From positions 1 through 36,626 of the forward strand of contig JBOFUV010000062.1 in NCBI GenBank assembly GCA_051652765.1: a stretch of 36,626 bases of DNA, written 5' to 3'. The stretch comes from Microcoleaceae cyanobacterium (GTDB lineage Bacteria; Cyanobacteriota; Cyanobacteriia; Cyanobacteriales; Microcoleaceae). The translations under genes and the position numbers were made by a program. Below the pieces are notes generated by a model, which was given only the letters and a program-made list of their open reading frames with translations, made no database searches and had not been told where the DNA came from. Of this stretch, positions 1 through 8,608 are shown one piece after another; positions within the stretch are counted from its first letter, which is position 1; the number at the start of each line of letters is the position of its first letter.

Positions 1-587
1 GTGACTGCAATCAAAAGATTCGGGTAAAGACCGGTTGCCTGGAGAGGAGATACTGTAACGTAGACTTTCCCGCTCACCTCTTGGCTCACCTCAATCGGTT
101 GATTATTCCCAGCGATTTCATTCACCTGAATCGCCCTTAGCCAAAACTGTACCCGTCCCGATCGGGTTAATCGAGGGGTGCTCGTGACCTCGCCCCGAAC
201 TGTAACTAGGGCATTCTGAGTTTTTCCCCCTTGCAGAATTAACTGGCTAATGTCGTTAGCAGCGGGTTGAGGGGTACGAATCTGGAGGTAGAATGCAGCG
301 AGGAGCCCAACCAGTCCTGCAATCAGCCAAACGCTTGAGGGAAGATCAAGCAGCGACGGCCCCAGAGTTGACTCCGAGGCAACAGCTTGACCCTTGCCTG
401 GTTTTTTGGATGCTTGTTGCCGACGGTAACGACGGCGCTCAATCTGACGGCGCTGTTGCCAGAGGGTTGAAGTAATCGCTATCAAAATCCCCAACCCCAA
501 GATTAAGTACTGCCCTCCCGGGATAAGAGTTGCCCACAAACCACAGAGATAGGCTAACCCTAAAACCAATCCTACCGTTTGAGTCAT
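1..587 (-). CDS. comEC: ComEC/Rec2 family competence (DNA uptake channel) protein, N-terminal part; runs off the left edge of the window
   Basis: Not in the ORF track; translated by hand from ATG at 587: MTQTVGLVLGLAYLCGLWA...VWLIAGLVGLLAAFYLQIRTPQPAANDISQ...VRGEVTSTPRLTRSGRVQFWL...SGKVYVTVSPLQATGLYP. Open to position 1 and matches my recollection of the cyanobacterial ComEC N-terminus (TM helices then OB-fold). Confidence 0.85.
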   Translation of the reverse strand, partial: MTQTVGLVLGLAYLCGLWATLIPGGQYLILGLGILIAITSTLWQQRRQIERRRYRRQQASKKPGKGQAVASESTLGPSLLDLPSSVWLIAGLVGLLAAFYLQIRTPQPAANDISQLILQGGKTQNALVTVRGEVTSTPRLTRSGRVQFWLRAIQVNEIAGNNQPIEVSQEVSGKVYVTVSPLQATGLYPNLLIAV

Positions 588-618
588 TGTCCAGCGAAGT
601 CCAGCAAAGGAGAAGGTG

Positions 619-1095
619 CTAAATTGACAGGCCCAGTTTCAATCCCAACGCTACATGAATCAGCATCAGTCCTAGGGCCAAGCTTCCCAGGTAAGCATGG
701 GTCACTCTCAAAGCAGCTTGATCTCCACCGAACCCTGACAGGGAAATTAAACCGTTCGTTGCAAGAAACCCCAATAGCACTGTCCCTGTCCAAAAATGGG
801 GACTTTCGAGAACGGGTTGATGCTGCATGACCAAGGATAACAGTCCTCCTGTGTAGCCCAAAGCCATAAATAGAAACATCCAGGGAGCCAACTTGCGGTG
901 ATCCGCTCGACTTTTCAAGGAAACGTCTTTGTCTTGAGCCAACCGACCTCGCCATCCACTATATCCGACAAAGCTACCCATGACAAAAATTACAATCCCC
1001 ATCATCAAAGGATGCCCCCAGTGGGTAATGGGTTCAGGAATCCCTAAATCCCTCATGGGGCGGGCAACGGGTTCCAAGAGTTCGCTCAGATTCAT
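619..1095 (-). CDS. DUF4079-like membrane protein (cytochrome b561-like, His-rich)
   Basis: Four hydrophobic segments with motifs HWGHPLMM, DHRKLAPW, ESPHFWTG, HAYLG and IHVALG. Start taken at MNLSELL (1095); the ORF track start is 1113. Confidence 0.75.
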   Translation of the reverse strand: MNLSELLEPVARPMRDLGIPEPITHWGHPLMMGIVIFVMGSFVGYSGWRGRLAQDKDVSLKSRADHRKLAPWMFLFMALGYTGGLLSLVMQHQPVLESPHFWTGTVLLGFLATNGLISLSGFGGDQAALRVTHAYLGSLALGLMLIHVALGLKLGLSI

Positions 1096-1327
1096 TCGTG
1101 TTTCCTTTCTCAAAAGACTCCAGCTATACGCTACTACAGATACAGTCGTTTTTGTTCGGGTGTGATCCGGAGCGATCGCCCTTCAATCCCTCTGAAAAAG
1201 CTATCCCTGATCTAAAAGTTAAGTAAAACCACCAAAGAAGAAGGGTTGGGCTCCTAAGCAAAATCTGCCTAGACAAGATCTGCATAATGGATAGCTTAAA
1301 AAGGAGGACTCGAATAGCGAGATAGTC

Positions 1328-2242
1328 TTACAAACGATCCTGGTCTAGGGAGCGAGCTGTGAACCTTGCATGTTTGTCAGGTCGAATCTGTGATCCCTGA
1401 TGGCGCGACCAGACTTTAGTAAACTCAGCCCCGAATAAAAAAATTTGGGTAGAATAAAACACCCACAACAAAAAGACAACCAAAGACCCGGCAGCACCAT
1501 AAACAGAGGTAACGGTACTATGACCCAAATACCAGCTAATTATGGATTTGCCCACGGTGAACAGCAGGGCTGTGATCAGGGCACCAACGCTAACATTCTT
1601 CCAGGCGATCTGAACATCGGGCAGAAGGCGATAAATCTGACCAAACAATAAGGTTATCAGCCCAATAGAGACGAAAAAATCGATCAACGACCAGAAGGTC
1701 TTAGACAGAACTAGCCACTGTTCTAACCAACTTCCCATGCCAGACAGCACTGAACTCAAAGTCAGTGAGAGCAGCAAAATCAAGCCAATTCCTAACACCA
1801 TCAAAATGGATAAAATTCGAGCCTTGACAAATCCTTTTACGGGTCTTCCAGGCTTGGGTTCCACTCCCCAAACCATATTGAGCGCTGCTTTTAACTGAAC
1901 AAAAACATTGGTTGCTCCGAACACCATTGTGGCGATCGCAATTACACTCGCTTGAATCCCTGCATTCCGCCTAAATTGGCCCTGAACAATATCTTGAATG
2001 GCTTGAGCAGCTTGATCACCCACTAATTTTTCAAGCTGATTCATGACTTCATCCTGAGCCATTTTTTCCCCAACAACAGCTCCAAGACTCACCATTACCA
2101 AAATTAACAATGGCGCGATGGAAAATATCATGTAATAGGACAAAGCAGCGGCCAACATTGAGGCTCGATCCCGCTGCCATTCAGCAAAGGCATCCCGAAG
2201 AAGCTTCCACAGTACGCTTAGCTTGAGAGAGGTCAAATTCAC
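1328..2242 (-). CDS. YihY/virulence factor BrkB family membrane protein
   Basis: Motifs AAALSYYMIFSIAPLL, LKAALNMVW, YRLLPD and YGAAGSLVVFLLWVFYSTQIFLFGAE. Start uncertain (GTG 2242 or TTG 2266). Confidence 0.9.
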   Translation of the reverse strand: MNLTSLKLSVLWKLLRDAFAEWQRDRASMLAAALSYYMIFSIAPLLILVMVSLGAVVGEKMAQDEVMNQLEKLVGDQAAQAIQDIVQGQFRRNAGIQASVIAIATMVFGATNVFVQLKAALNMVWGVEPKPGRPVKGFVKARILSILMVLGIGLILLLSLTLSSVLSGMGSWLEQWLVLSKTFWSLIDFFVSIGLITLLFGQIYRLLPDVQIAWKNVSVGALITALLFTVGKSIISWYLGHSTVTSVYGAAGSLVVFLLWVFYSTQIFLFGAEFTKVWSRHQGSQIRPDKHARFTARSLDQDRL

Positions 2243-2283
2243 AGCAACAAGGGCACAGTTCGTCAAATCTGATTGAACGTAGA

Positions 2284-3618
2284 CTAACCCATTTTACTCA
2301 GATGTACTGGAATTTCAACTGTAAATTCAGCTCCTGCTCCCAGGGAAGACACGACTTCTAGTCTCCCCTGATGTTTCTGGACAATAATCTGATAGCTCGT
2401 GAGCAGCCCCAATCCAGACCCTTGACCCACGGGTTTTGTTGTAAAAAACGGCGTAAATAGTCGCGGTTTAATCTGTTCAGAAATCCCCAGTCCGTTATCT
2501 TTAATTGAGATCTTAATCATTTCATGGGGAGTGGTTTCGGTAGAAATCCAAATCGTTGGAAATGCTGGGGATGGAAATTGATCGCCCACTCCAGATTCAA
2601 GGGAATCAATCGCATTGCTAATCAGGCTAAAGAAAACTTGATTAAGCTGTCTGGCATAGCAGGTTACTAGGGGAAGATTGCCATAATCTTTAATTACATT
2701 GATTGAAGGTTTAGAATAATCTTGAGAGTAGAGTCTATGCTGTAACAACGTCAAAGTACTGTTCAAGCCTTCGTGAAGATCAACCGATTTGATATCTGAT
2801 TCATCTAGGCGAGAAAAAATTCGCAGGGCTAGAATAATAGTTCTCACTCGATCTACCCCAGTCCGCATTGAATTCATGAGTTTGTCGAGGTCAGAAATAA
2901 CAAAGTCTAAGTCCAACTCTTGAATCACTTCTTGAATCATTTGGGTTGGTTTGGGATATTCTTTTTGATAGAGTTGAACAAGATTAAGCAAATCATGAAT
3001 ATAGCGGTTTGCCGGGTCTAAATTTCCAGAAATAAAGCTGATCGGGTTGTTTATTTCATGAGCAACCCCAGCGACAAACTGGACTAATCCATCCATTTTC
3101 TGCTGCTGAATCAGTTGAGCTTGAGTCTGTTGTAATTCATCAAGAGTAGCCTGCAATTGTTGGTTCTGATGTTGAAGCTGGACTTGCAATTGTTTGAGGG
3201 AAAGCTGATTCTGGATGCGAGCAATTACCTCTTCAAATTGAAAGGGTTTGGTAATGTAATCGACTCCCCCAACTCGAAATGCTTTTACTTTATCTAAAGC
3301 ATCATCTAAAGCACTCAGAAAAATAATTGGAATGAAGCGAGTTAACTCATCATTTTTGAGGTGTTCACAAACCTCATATCCACTCATTTCAGGCATATTA
3401 ATATCGAGCAAAATCAGATCAGGTTGAGCTGTTTTGACGGCAATTAAGGCCATTCTTCCGCTAATCGCTTGGCGAACATTGTAACCATATTCTGCCATCA
3501 TTTTCGAGAGCAAACGAAGATTGGCGGGCGTATCGTCAACGATCAAAACATCAGCCTGGTTAAAATTCTGTTGAAGAAAGCTCATGGGATTATCAGAATT
3601 ATTTAAGATTGAAATCAT
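2284..3618 (-). CDS. Hybrid response regulator / histidine kinase (REC-coiled coil-HisKA-HATPase), cytoplasmic
   Basis: REC motifs VDD, LLDINMP and KPF; H-box AHEINNP; N-box LISNAIDS; DNGLG, FFTTKPVGQGSGLGL; no TM segment. Alternative start at 3585. Confidence 0.93.
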   Translation of the reverse strand: MISILNNSDNPMSFLQQNFNQADVLIVDDTPANLRLLSKMMAEYGYNVRQAISGRMALIAVKTAQPDLILLDINMPEMSGYEVCEHLKNDELTRFIPIIFLSALDDALDKVKAFRVGGVDYITKPFQFEEVIARIQNQLSLKQLQVQLQHQNQQLQATLDELQQTQAQLIQQQKMDGLVQFVAGVAHEINNPISFISGNLDPANRYIHDLLNLVQLYQKEYPKPTQMIQEVIQELDLDFVISDLDKLMNSMRTGVDRVRTIILALRIFSRLDESDIKSVDLHEGLNSTLTLLQHRLYSQDYSKPSINVIKDYGNLPLVTCYARQLNQVFFSLISNAIDSLESGVGDQFPSPAFPTIWISTETTPHEMIKISIKDNGLGISEQIKPRLFTPFFTTKPVGQGSGLGLLTSYQIIVQKHQGRLEVVSSLGAGAEFTVEIPVHLSKMG

Positions 3619-3756
3619 AAAGTTGCTCTAAAAATAGCCTTGAACAGGCAGAGTAAAGATCGTCTAGCTCTAGGATCTTTATCGTTTGGGGTTCTGAATT
3701 CTTAGCATAAGGCAGTTAGCACAAACTGTTGTGCTCGAGTAGGGTTCTATTCAGGT

Positions 3757-5598
3757 TTATATCATGAATTCTTGATTAAATTCGAGGTGGTCTGAGGACT
3801 GAATCAGACTAAAACTGTCCTCGGCAGATCGGGGTGGAGAGAATAAATAACCCTGTCCAAAATCACATCCTAAGTTCTGAAGTTTTCTCAATTGGGTGAG
3901 GGTTTCAACTCCCTTGGCTACGGTGTTCATTCCCATAATCCGAGCAATACTGACAATCACGGGCAGGAGATCGGAGTTTTCAGACCCGTAACCGATTGCG
4001 GCAATAAAAGACTGATCAATCTTGAGAGTATCCACAGGTAGAGTGTCCAGATAGCTGAGGGAGGAATACCCAGTTCCAAAATTGTCAATTCCCAGCCGAA
4101 CCTTGCGGCTGACCAAGCTTTTGAGGGTGGTTGCTGCCAGGGTGGGGTCATTCATAATCACGCCTTCAGTCATTTCCAATTTCAAGCACTGAGGATTAAT
4201 CTCAGTCTCAGCCAGAACTTGGTCAATCTGTTGAATCAGATCCAATTGAGCAAACTGCCGCACCGAGAGGTTAATGCTGATAAAAAACGTCTCAGGGATA
4301 GGATGTTGTTGTTGCCAGGTTCGGAGTTGATGGCAAGCCATAGTCAAGACTGAATAACCTAGGAGCACAATTAACCCGGTTTCTTCTGCAATGGGAAGGA
4401 ATACTTCTGGAGGAATTGCCCCTCGGGTCGGATGTAGCCAACGCACGAGGGCTTCAAAGCCTGCAATTTCCCCAGTCTTGAGCGAGACAATCGGTTGATA
4501 GTAAACAACAAGCTCTGCTTGATGAATAGCCCGGTGTAGCTCTGTTTCCAGTTCTAAAACATTCACGGCGGCTGTATGGAGGGCTAGATTAAAAATATGA
4601 TACTGACCTTTACCCAAGGCTTTTGCCTGATACAGGGCTAGATCTGCATCTCTGAGCAAATATTCTGGGTCTTTGTAGCTTGAATGCCACAGGGCAATCC
4701 CAATACTGGTATTGACAAACACTTCATGCCGATTCAGTTGAAAGGGTTGGGACAGTCGTTTGAGAATACAGTTAGCAATTTCATTGGCTGCTTCGGGAGT
4801 CTCTAAATCAACGAGCAAAATCGCAAATTCATCTCCCCCCAAGCGAGCAACGGTATGCTGGGGTTTTAAGAGAGATTCTAGACTCCGACTCAGAGCAACC
4901 AAAAGCTCATCTCCAACCAGATGACCCAGGGAATCATTTACGACTTTGAAGCGATCGCAGTCCAGCAATAAAACGGCCAAATGGCAATTTTTGTTAGGTT
5001 GTTTATGGTGTTGAATGGAGTCAATTGCTATTTGTAGCCGCTGCAAAAACAGCCGACGGTTGGGTAATTGAGTCAAAGAATCATGGAGTGCCATCTCCAT
5101 CAGTTTAATATTGGCCAATTCCAGCTCCCTGGTTCGCTCTTGTACCCGCTGTTCGAGCTGCCAGTGCAGTCCCCGCAAATGCTGTTCTGCTGCCTTCAAT
5201 GCCAGTTGATTCTTGACACGAATTAGGACTTCCTCCAGCTCAAAGGGCTTGGTCACATAGTCTGCGCCCCCCACATCAAATGCCTTGACTTTATCTGAGA
5301 CAGCATCCAAAGCACTCAGAAAAATAACTGGAATCGAAGCTGTATCTTGATTTGCTTTTAACTGAGCACAGACCTCATATCCGCTCAGGCCGGACATGAG
5401 AATATCCAGCAAAATCAAAGTAGGAGGAGATGATGTGACAGCAGTCAGTGCCATACTGCCACTAATCGCCTGCCGTACCTCATACCCCTGATCAGTCAAG
5501 ACTTGTGAGAGCAGTCGTAAATTAGCTGGAGTATCGTCCACGATTAAGATATCTACCTTATCTATTTTAGAAGAAAGATGAAAATCAGGGGAATTCAT
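3757..5598 (-). CDS. REC-GGDEF-EAL c-di-GMP signalling protein
   Basis: REC (VDD, LLDILM, KPF); HDSLTQLPNR, DCDRFKVVND, RLGGDEF; EAL region GFEALVRW, INLS, LKIDQSF, QGYLFSPP. Confidence 0.95.
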   Translation of the reverse strand: MNSPDFHLSSKIDKVDILIVDDTPANLRLLSQVLTDQGYEVRQAISGSMALTAVTSSPPTLILLDILMSGLSGYEVCAQLKANQDTASIPVIFLSALDAVSDKVKAFDVGGADYVTKPFELEEVLIRVKNQLALKAAEQHLRGLHWQLEQRVQERTRELELANIKLMEMALHDSLTQLPNRRLFLQRLQIAIDSIQHHKQPNKNCHLAVLLLDCDRFKVVNDSLGHLVGDELLVALSRSLESLLKPQHTVARLGGDEFAILLVDLETPEAANEIANCILKRLSQPFQLNRHEVFVNTSIGIALWHSSYKDPEYLLRDADLALYQAKALGKGQYHIFNLALHTAAVNVLELETELHRAIHQAELVVYYQPIVSLKTGEIAGFEALVRWLHPTRGAIPPEVFLPIAEETGLIVLLGYSVLTMACHQLRTWQQQHPIPETFFISINLSVRQFAQLDLIQQIDQVLAETEINPQCLKLEMTEGVIMNDPTLAATTLKSLVSRKVRLGIDNFGTGYSSLSYLDTLPVDTLKIDQSFIAAIGYGSENSDLLPVIVSIARIMGMNTVAKGVETLTQLRKLQNLGCDFGQGYLFSPPRSAEDSFSLIQSSDHLEFNQEFMI

Positions 5599-6017
5599 AT
5601 TGACTGCTGTAGTAATCCTAAGTCAGAAGATTGATTCTGATGCACCGGACTAGGCTCTTACTTGTTTGAGGAAGCGGATCAAAAGCGTGAATACTTTTTT
5701 CCTACTCTAAATCACTTTAGAAAAATTGATATTAGTTAGCCTATCCTTGTTGAATATAACAATTCTGAACTAGCGATCAAGAATAACAAGTTTGATCAAC
5801 AAGCTTAAGCAACCCGTTTCAGCGAAATGCTCCACTTAATAAGCCACTTAATAAGTAAGATGCCCGCACTCCCTTCAATAACGATCCGATTTGGCTCACC
5901 AACGTAGTGCAGGCATATTGCTCCCGCAGGCCAGAAGCCTGCAAGACACGCTTTCATCAAGCATTTGAGACTGCTGTACTTTATTTTGTGCCTCTAGGGA
6001 TAGGCGCGGGCTGATTG

Positions 6018-8246
6018 TTACTTGAGGTAGATTAAGAGGTTTAAACCTGGAATTGTGCGAGACAATGTCCAAAGCAGCAAGCTCAAATACAACACCCCTA
6101 AACCCCACTGATACCAAACCAAGATTGTGACTAAGCCCGGTAAATATTCATCCCGTAGCCGGAGATCGTTAAAGCCAAATTTCAAGAAATTATTTAAGCT
6201 AAAATCATAATAATTGAGCCAATTCCACCGCCGTTCCCATAAAATTGGCATATAACGCTCTCGAAATAAGGGATATCTTGGCATGACTGGCAGCCGTCCA
6301 ATCATGAGTCTCAATTGCCTTAAGCTCGCATCTTCAGTCAGATAAGAGACATTCATTAAGTTGTGATAACGTCCCTGCCAATATAGCAAACCCAATAAAC
6401 TGACTGGAAGCGGCAGCAAAATCGAACCCATGTAAGCCAGGGTCAACCAAGGCTGAGGCGAGGTACTAAAGACCTCTATCAATCCCAGCGCTAAAAACAT
6501 GCTGAAACTAATGCTAATCGCAAGGCTCTCTAAAGGGGTTGGCCAGATGGGTTTGGGTCGGCGCTTGCGACATCGATCAACCGCCCAAAATAGCACACCA
6601 AAATAGGCGATCGCTAAAATCCCTACCCCAAACACTAATCCAAATTGAGTGCCATAACCGCTCAAAAGGAGTAACACACTCAAGCTCAACCATTGTAAAC
6701 TCGTCAAAATCAAACTTATTAACGGTAAAAAATAGACCTTTAGGAATCCAATTTGAGCTTTGTTATTCTGAAGTGTTTTTCGGGGATTGACAATCACATG
6801 ATCATAGACATCTAAATAGGTTGCTAAATCAATGGAATTGAGTTTAAGAATTTCAGTCAGATTTCTAAAGGGTTGATCCGTTCTGGCTTGAAGAATAATT
6901 TGAGCCTGTTCTGCACTAAACCCAGCACTGATCAATTGTGACAGAGGGGCAGTATTAAGATTGACTCCAAGAATACTTCGTTTTAGAGCTTTCAATGATA
7001 GTTTTGCCCTCAGCAACTCAATCTGATTTGCGTCTTCAATTTGTTCCTGTTGACGAAAATTTCGGATTAAATTTCTGAGCAAATTTTCATTATCCTGGAG
7101 ACTCGGAACTGAAATTGCTTGTCCGATGAAGCCTGGATCACCCAGAATCTGAGCCGACGTTGAATCAAACGTTAGATTTGCTAGGTTCAGACTTCCAGGA
7201 CGGCTAACACTAACATAACTAAAATCAACAAGTTCTTGAATACTGGCTTCCTTCAAACTAAGTTCTTGCCTAAACTGAGCCCCTCGAAAGTCAAGAGATT
7301 GCTCAAATAAAGCTTGCTGTAGACTAGTAGAATGGATAAAGCGAGATTTGGAGAAAACGGCTCTACCTTGCCACCAAGATTCACTAAAGTCCGCTTCATC
7401 TTGCCATAGTGTTGTTTTAAAGTCAGCAATTTTTTGAAAGTGCGCCTCATTAAAATCGGCCTCTTGAAACTGACTATCTTCAAAATCTACGGGATTTTTA
7501 AAAGTTACTTGACGAAATCGAGCCTTAGTTAGAAAAACAGTACGTTGAAAATTAGCAGTCTGTTCAAATATGGCTTGAGAAAAATTAACAGTCTGACTAA
7601 AACGAGACTCTCTCCAATCGGTTGGTTGTACAAAATCTGCCTGTTCAGCATTAATTCCCTGGAGAAAAAATGTTTGTTTAAAATTAACTTCCCCTTCAAA
7701 TCGGGTTTGACTCAATTGGATTTGCCCGCGAATCACTGTAATTTTTGGCAGGGTAACTGCTGCTTTTTCAGTGAGTTGATCCTGGACAAGAAGTTGTGCT
7801 AGATTTGACGTTAATTCTGCTAATTCATCAGGTAAAAAAATAGATTCCAGTGTTTCTTTTAACACTGGAATTCTCACTCCTAAACGGTTGCCGATAAACT
7901 TTCCCCGAATTAAAGAGCGACTTAAGTTTAAGCCAACTCGCTCTTTAGATTGGTTCATTGCAGTTTGTAGAAGTGGGTAAAAGCGATCGCGAAACTCTGC
8001 ATTTTCAGGTCGGAGATCAATGGTAAAATTTTGTAGATCAATTAATAAACGTCCATCTTGACTGATTGGATTTTTTAGCCTCTCCTGTAGCTCTTCTAAG
8101 GTGAGAAGCATTCGATCAGATTGGGGAGTCGCTGCCCATGCCCAGGCAGGTTGAGTTGTCAACATCACTAGAATTAGAGTGATGACCATAAGGTAAAATC
8201 GAGCCAGGTGATGGAACAAAATCGAAAAAGTCTCCTGAGTGGTCAA
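6018..8246 (-). CDS. Pentapeptide-repeat membrane protein with a helix-hairpin-helix domain and a C-terminal channel-like segment
   Basis: N-terminal signal-like stretch ending AWA; repeated VNF/ADF/xxF beta-helix units; VNLNTA...AQIILQAR..QPFRNLTEILKL (ComEA/HhH-like); several C-terminal TM helices. Start codon uncertain. Confidence 0.8.
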   Translation of the reverse strand: MTTQETFSILFHHLARFYLMVITLILVMLTTQPAWAWAATPQSDRMLLTLEELQERLKNPISQDGRLLIDLQNFTIDLRPENAEFRDRFYPLLQTAMNQSKERVGLNLSRSLIRGKFIGNRLGVRIPVLKETLESIFLPDELAELTSNLAQLLVQDQLTEKAAVTLPKITVIRGQIQLSQTRFEGEVNFKQTFFLQGINAEQADFVQPTDWRESRFSQTVNFSQAIFEQTANFQRTVFLTKARFRQVTFKNPVDFEDSQFQEADFNEAHFQKIADFKTTLWQDEADFSESWWQGRAVFSKSRFIHSTSLQQALFEQSLDFRGAQFRQELSLKEASIQELVDFSYVSVSRPGSLNLANLTFDSTSAQILGDPGFIGQAISVPSLQDNENLLRNLIRNFRQQEQIEDANQIELLRAKLSLKALKRSILGVNLNTAPLSQLISAGFSAEQAQIILQARTDQPFRNLTEILKLNSIDLATYLDVYDHVIVNPRKTLQNNKAQIGFLKVYFLPLISLILTSLQWLSLSVLLLLSGYGTQFGLVFGVGILAIAYFGVLFWAVDRCRKRRPKPIWPTPLESLAISISFSMFLALGLIEVFSTSPQPWLTLAYMGSILLPLPVSLLGLLYWQGRYHNLMNVSYLTEDASLRQLRLMIGRLPVMPRYPLFRERYMPILWERRWNWLNYYDFSLNNFLKFGFNDLRLRDEYLPGLVTILVWYQWGLGVLYLSLLLWTLSRTIPGLNLLIYLK

Positions 8247-8608
8247 GCAATATAATCCGTACTTATTTTAGAGTGAAGACTCTAAGTTCGACAGACGTAA
8301 TATGAAAAAGAAAATATGATGCTACAAGTGCAACAGGACTCAAATATTGAACCTTGTTAGGGTTGACTCCTAAAATGATGACCTCGGGTATGGGATGGGA
8401 TTTTATATTAGAGGGTTTATCTGTTGCAAATATTTAGGTGTTTCATATAACGTTTCGGTTACTGCCCCACCAATGGATTAAATCGTAAGCAACAATTTCT
8501 AGTTCTATCAAAACGAGTTGATCAGTAGGCCAGTTGTAAATACAATGTAGGGTCTGCCTTCCTTCGCTGTGCAGTCAATCCGACTGGCCCCTGTTCAGTC
8601 TGTGACCA

